This document shows positions 62,070-64,000 of a stretch of DNA of 64,000 nucleotides, piece after piece; within the stretch, counting starts at the first letter, position 1, and every line of letters starts with the position of its first letter. This stretch comes from a virus. The position numbers and the translations under genes are program-made. The notes under the pieces are model-generated. The model searched no databases and was not told the origin of the DNA. It saw nothing but the letters and a program-made list of their open reading frames with translations. The stretch is from the UHGV virus genome UHGV-0167633. One strand, 5' to 3'.

Positions 62070-63410
62070 CTGCTCCCCGCCCGGTTGGGCGAGGCTTCCC
62101 ACATCTCAGGCCGCAACCGTCTGTACGACGGATTTACGCTGGCCTCCATGGGCAGAGACGACGAGTCCCGCCGCCTTTAGTTCCAGTATCCCTTTTTGCC
62201 GGATGTTGAGAGCCGCATTGATATCGCGGTCATGCTCTGCTTCACATTCAGGGCATCGCCAGATGCGTTTATGAAGCGGCATTTCCGGCATTTTGTAACC
62301 ACAACAATGGCACGTTTTCGAACTGGCAAACCACTGGTCGAGTTTTACCAGGTGAACGCCTTTTTCCGCTGCCTTGTACTCCAGCTTTGTGATGAAGCTA
62401 TGCCAGCCTGCATCACCTATTGCTCTTGCCAGATTGTGGTTTTTCATCATGTTGGCTGTTTTCAGCGTCTCGACAATTACCGCTTGGTTTTCGTCAACAA
62501 TTGTACGAGAAAGTTTATGTTGAAAATCAGCACGGGCATTCGCTACCCGTTCGTGTATGGCCGCAAGACGGATTCTGGCCTTTTTACGATTCGCGCTTCC
62601 CTTTTGCTTGCGGGATAGCGCTTTTTGTTTGCGTCGCAGATTACGGCTGGCATTGATGAGATGGCGGGGATTCGCAATTTTTGCCCGGTCAGACCTGATG
62701 GCATAGTGCTCAAGTCCCATATCCACACCAGTAATCTTTTCTTCCTCCAGATACGCAGGTTTCGCTGGTGTGGGAATACCGTCTTCACAAAGGATGGATG
62801 CGTAGTATTTCCCGGTGGCACTGCGAGTGATTGTTATGCTCGTCACTTTTCCCGTCATTACACGGTGTATACGCGCTTCTATCGGTGCCAGCTTAGGAAT
62901 TTTGATGGCATTCTCCAGTACTTTAATCCCGACACAATGGTAGCTCGATTGCTTCCCATGTTTACGTTTAAACGTCGGGAACCGGGCTTTCAGCTTCGGA
63001 TTAAAAAAGTTGGAAAACGCCACATCAAGATTAATCACCGCCTGTTGCAATGCCATTGAATCAAATTCTTTAAGCCAGGCATACTTACGGGACTTCTTCG
63101 CCACAGACAACAACGGTTTTAAATCTTTACGCGGACTTAAATTCACTCCGTGTCGCTGGTAAGCGTGTTTTTTGATGTGAAGAGCTTTGTTGTACGCAAA
63201 ACGCACGGCGCCGAACTGGGCGTTGAGATACTCAGCCTGTTTAGTGGTTGGATAGATGCGTACTTTTGTCGCTCTTAACATAGTCACCGCTCATTGATAC
63301 AGGTTTTTATGCTAACACCGTAATGATTTTTTTTTAAAGCCCTGTGGGCTTTCCCGCCTTTCCTCCCCGCCCGCATTGGGCGAGGGTTCTCGGCGGTTGT
63401 TTGCTGATTG
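62065..63410 (-). mobile_element. IS200/IS605-family element carrying tnpB only
   Basis: tnpB flanked by related imperfect-palindrome ends CTCCCCGCCCGGTTGGGCGAGGCTTCCC (62073-62100) and CTCCCCGCCCGCATTGGGCGAGGGTTCT (63363-63390); boundaries approximate; no tnpA in window. Confidence 0.65.
62106..63287 (-). CDS. tnpB: TnpB (RuvC-like RNA-guided nuclease, OMEGA type)
   Basis: 393-aa ORF; N-terminal MLRATKVRIYPT, RuvC-like GVDMGL, C-terminal zinc finger CHCCG...RCPECEAEHDRDINAALNI. Confidence 0.85.
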   Translation of the reverse strand: MTMLRATKVRIYPTTKQAEYLNAQFGAVRFAYNKALHIKKHAYQRHGVNLSPRKDLKPLLSVAKKSRKYAWLKEFDSMALQQAVINLDVAFSNFFNPKLKARFPTFKRKHGKQSSYHCVGIKVLENAIKIPKLAPIEARIHRVMTGKVTSITITRSATGKYYASILCEDGIPTPAKPAYLEEEKITGVDMGLEHYAIRSDRAKIANPRHLINASRNLRRKQKALSRKQKGSANRKKARIRLAAIHERVANARADFQHKLSRTIVDENQAVIVETLKTANMMKNHNLARAIGDAGWHSFITKLEYKAAEKGVHLVKLDQWFASSKTCHCCGYKMPEMPLHKRIWRCPECEAEHDRDINAALNIRQKGILELKAAGLVVSAHGGQRKSVVQTVAA

Positions 63411-63488
63411 CTTGCCCGTTCCGGGCCTTTTGACATGTGACTTTCGTTACCCTCGCGTCAAAAAGAGTTTTTACGAAAGGAAGCATAA

Positions 63489-64000
63489 GTGACCTGGGAC
63501 GATCACAAGAAGAATTTTGCTCGCCTGGCGCGAGATGGTGGTTACACCATCGCACAGTATGCCGCCGAGTTTAATCTTAACCCTAATACCGCACGTCGTT
63601 ATCTCCGTGCCTTCAAAGAAGACACCAGGACTGCGGACAGCCGCAAGCCAAATAAGCCAGTCAGGAAGCCACTAAAAAGCATGATCATTGATCACTCTAA
63701 TGATCAACATGCAGGTGATCATATTGCGGCTGAAATAGCGGAAAAACAGAGAGTTAATGCCGTTGTCAGTGCCGCAGTCGAGAATGCGAAGCGCCAAAAT
63801 AAGCGCATAAATGATCGTTCGGATGATCATGACGTGATCAACCGCGCCCACCGGACCTTACGTGATCGCCTGGAACGCGACACCCTGGATGATGATGGTG
63901 AACGCTTTGAATTCGAAGCTGGCGATTACCTGATAGATAACGTTGAAGCGCGGAAGGCCGCGCGCGCTATGTTGCGTCGGTCCGGGGCCGATGTTCTGGA
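63489..64000 (+). CDS. pacA: terminase small subunit PacA (5' part; continues beyond window)
   Basis: GTG start at 63489; translation [28 protein letters not shown]... recognised as P1 PacA; contains the pac site. Confidence 0.8.
   Translation, partial: MTWDDHKKNFARLARDGGYTIAQYAAEFNLNPNTARRYLRAFKEDTRTADSRKPNKPVRKPLKSMIIDHSNDQHAGDHIAAEIAEKQRVNAVVSAAVENAKRQNKRINDRSDDHDVINRAHRTLRDRLERDTLDDDGERFEFEAGDYLIDNVEARKAARAMLRRSGADVL
63682..63840 (+). promoter_or_regulatory. pac packaging site (4 + 3 GATC-containing hexamers)
   Basis: TGATCA at 63682, 63689, 63701, 63716; then TGATCG 63812, TGATCA 63824, 63835; arrangement as described for P1 pac inside pacA. Confidence 0.75.

Overview
This window reads as a contiguous piece of a P1-like phage-plasmid (a temperate myovirus maintained as a plasmid, Enterobacteriaceae-type); no integrase or att site is present. 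Gene content and order follow the P1 backbone as I recall it, but P1 gene names other than the symbols given are from memory and positional. Across the window: a side tail-fiber gene cut at the 5' edge, the baseplate and Sit (injection transglycosylase) operon, the immI module (C1-type operator, candidate c4 RNA, icd, ant), kilA and a RepL-like gene, large virion genes, parS-parB-parA, an iteron-flanked repA replicon with a GATC/DnaA-box origin, dmt, a tRNA cluster (Asn, Thr, CAT), a TerB-like gene, the Ban DnaB-type helicase, six more virion genes, a long accessory gene block, phd-doc, and pacA with its pac site at the 3' edge. The items that depart from this backbone and deserve a second look are: a self-contained T5orf172/GIY-YIG-like gene wedged between the RepA iterons and parA; an AT-rich two-gene secreted/membrane module next to a periplasmic protein whose C-terminus copies a repeat of Sit; a 1-kb ORF-free region of related long hairpins with a tRNA-Ser-like sequence; a tnpB-only IS200/IS605 element just upstream of pacA; an AT-rich membrane-protein cassette before phd; a Lom/Ail-type outer-membrane moron; and a cluster of glycosyltransferase-like and DUF115-like genes. 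All domain calls are motif recognition by eye; none is a database hit. CDS coordinates follow the supplied ORF track unless stated; hand-derived coordinates may be off by 1-2 nt.
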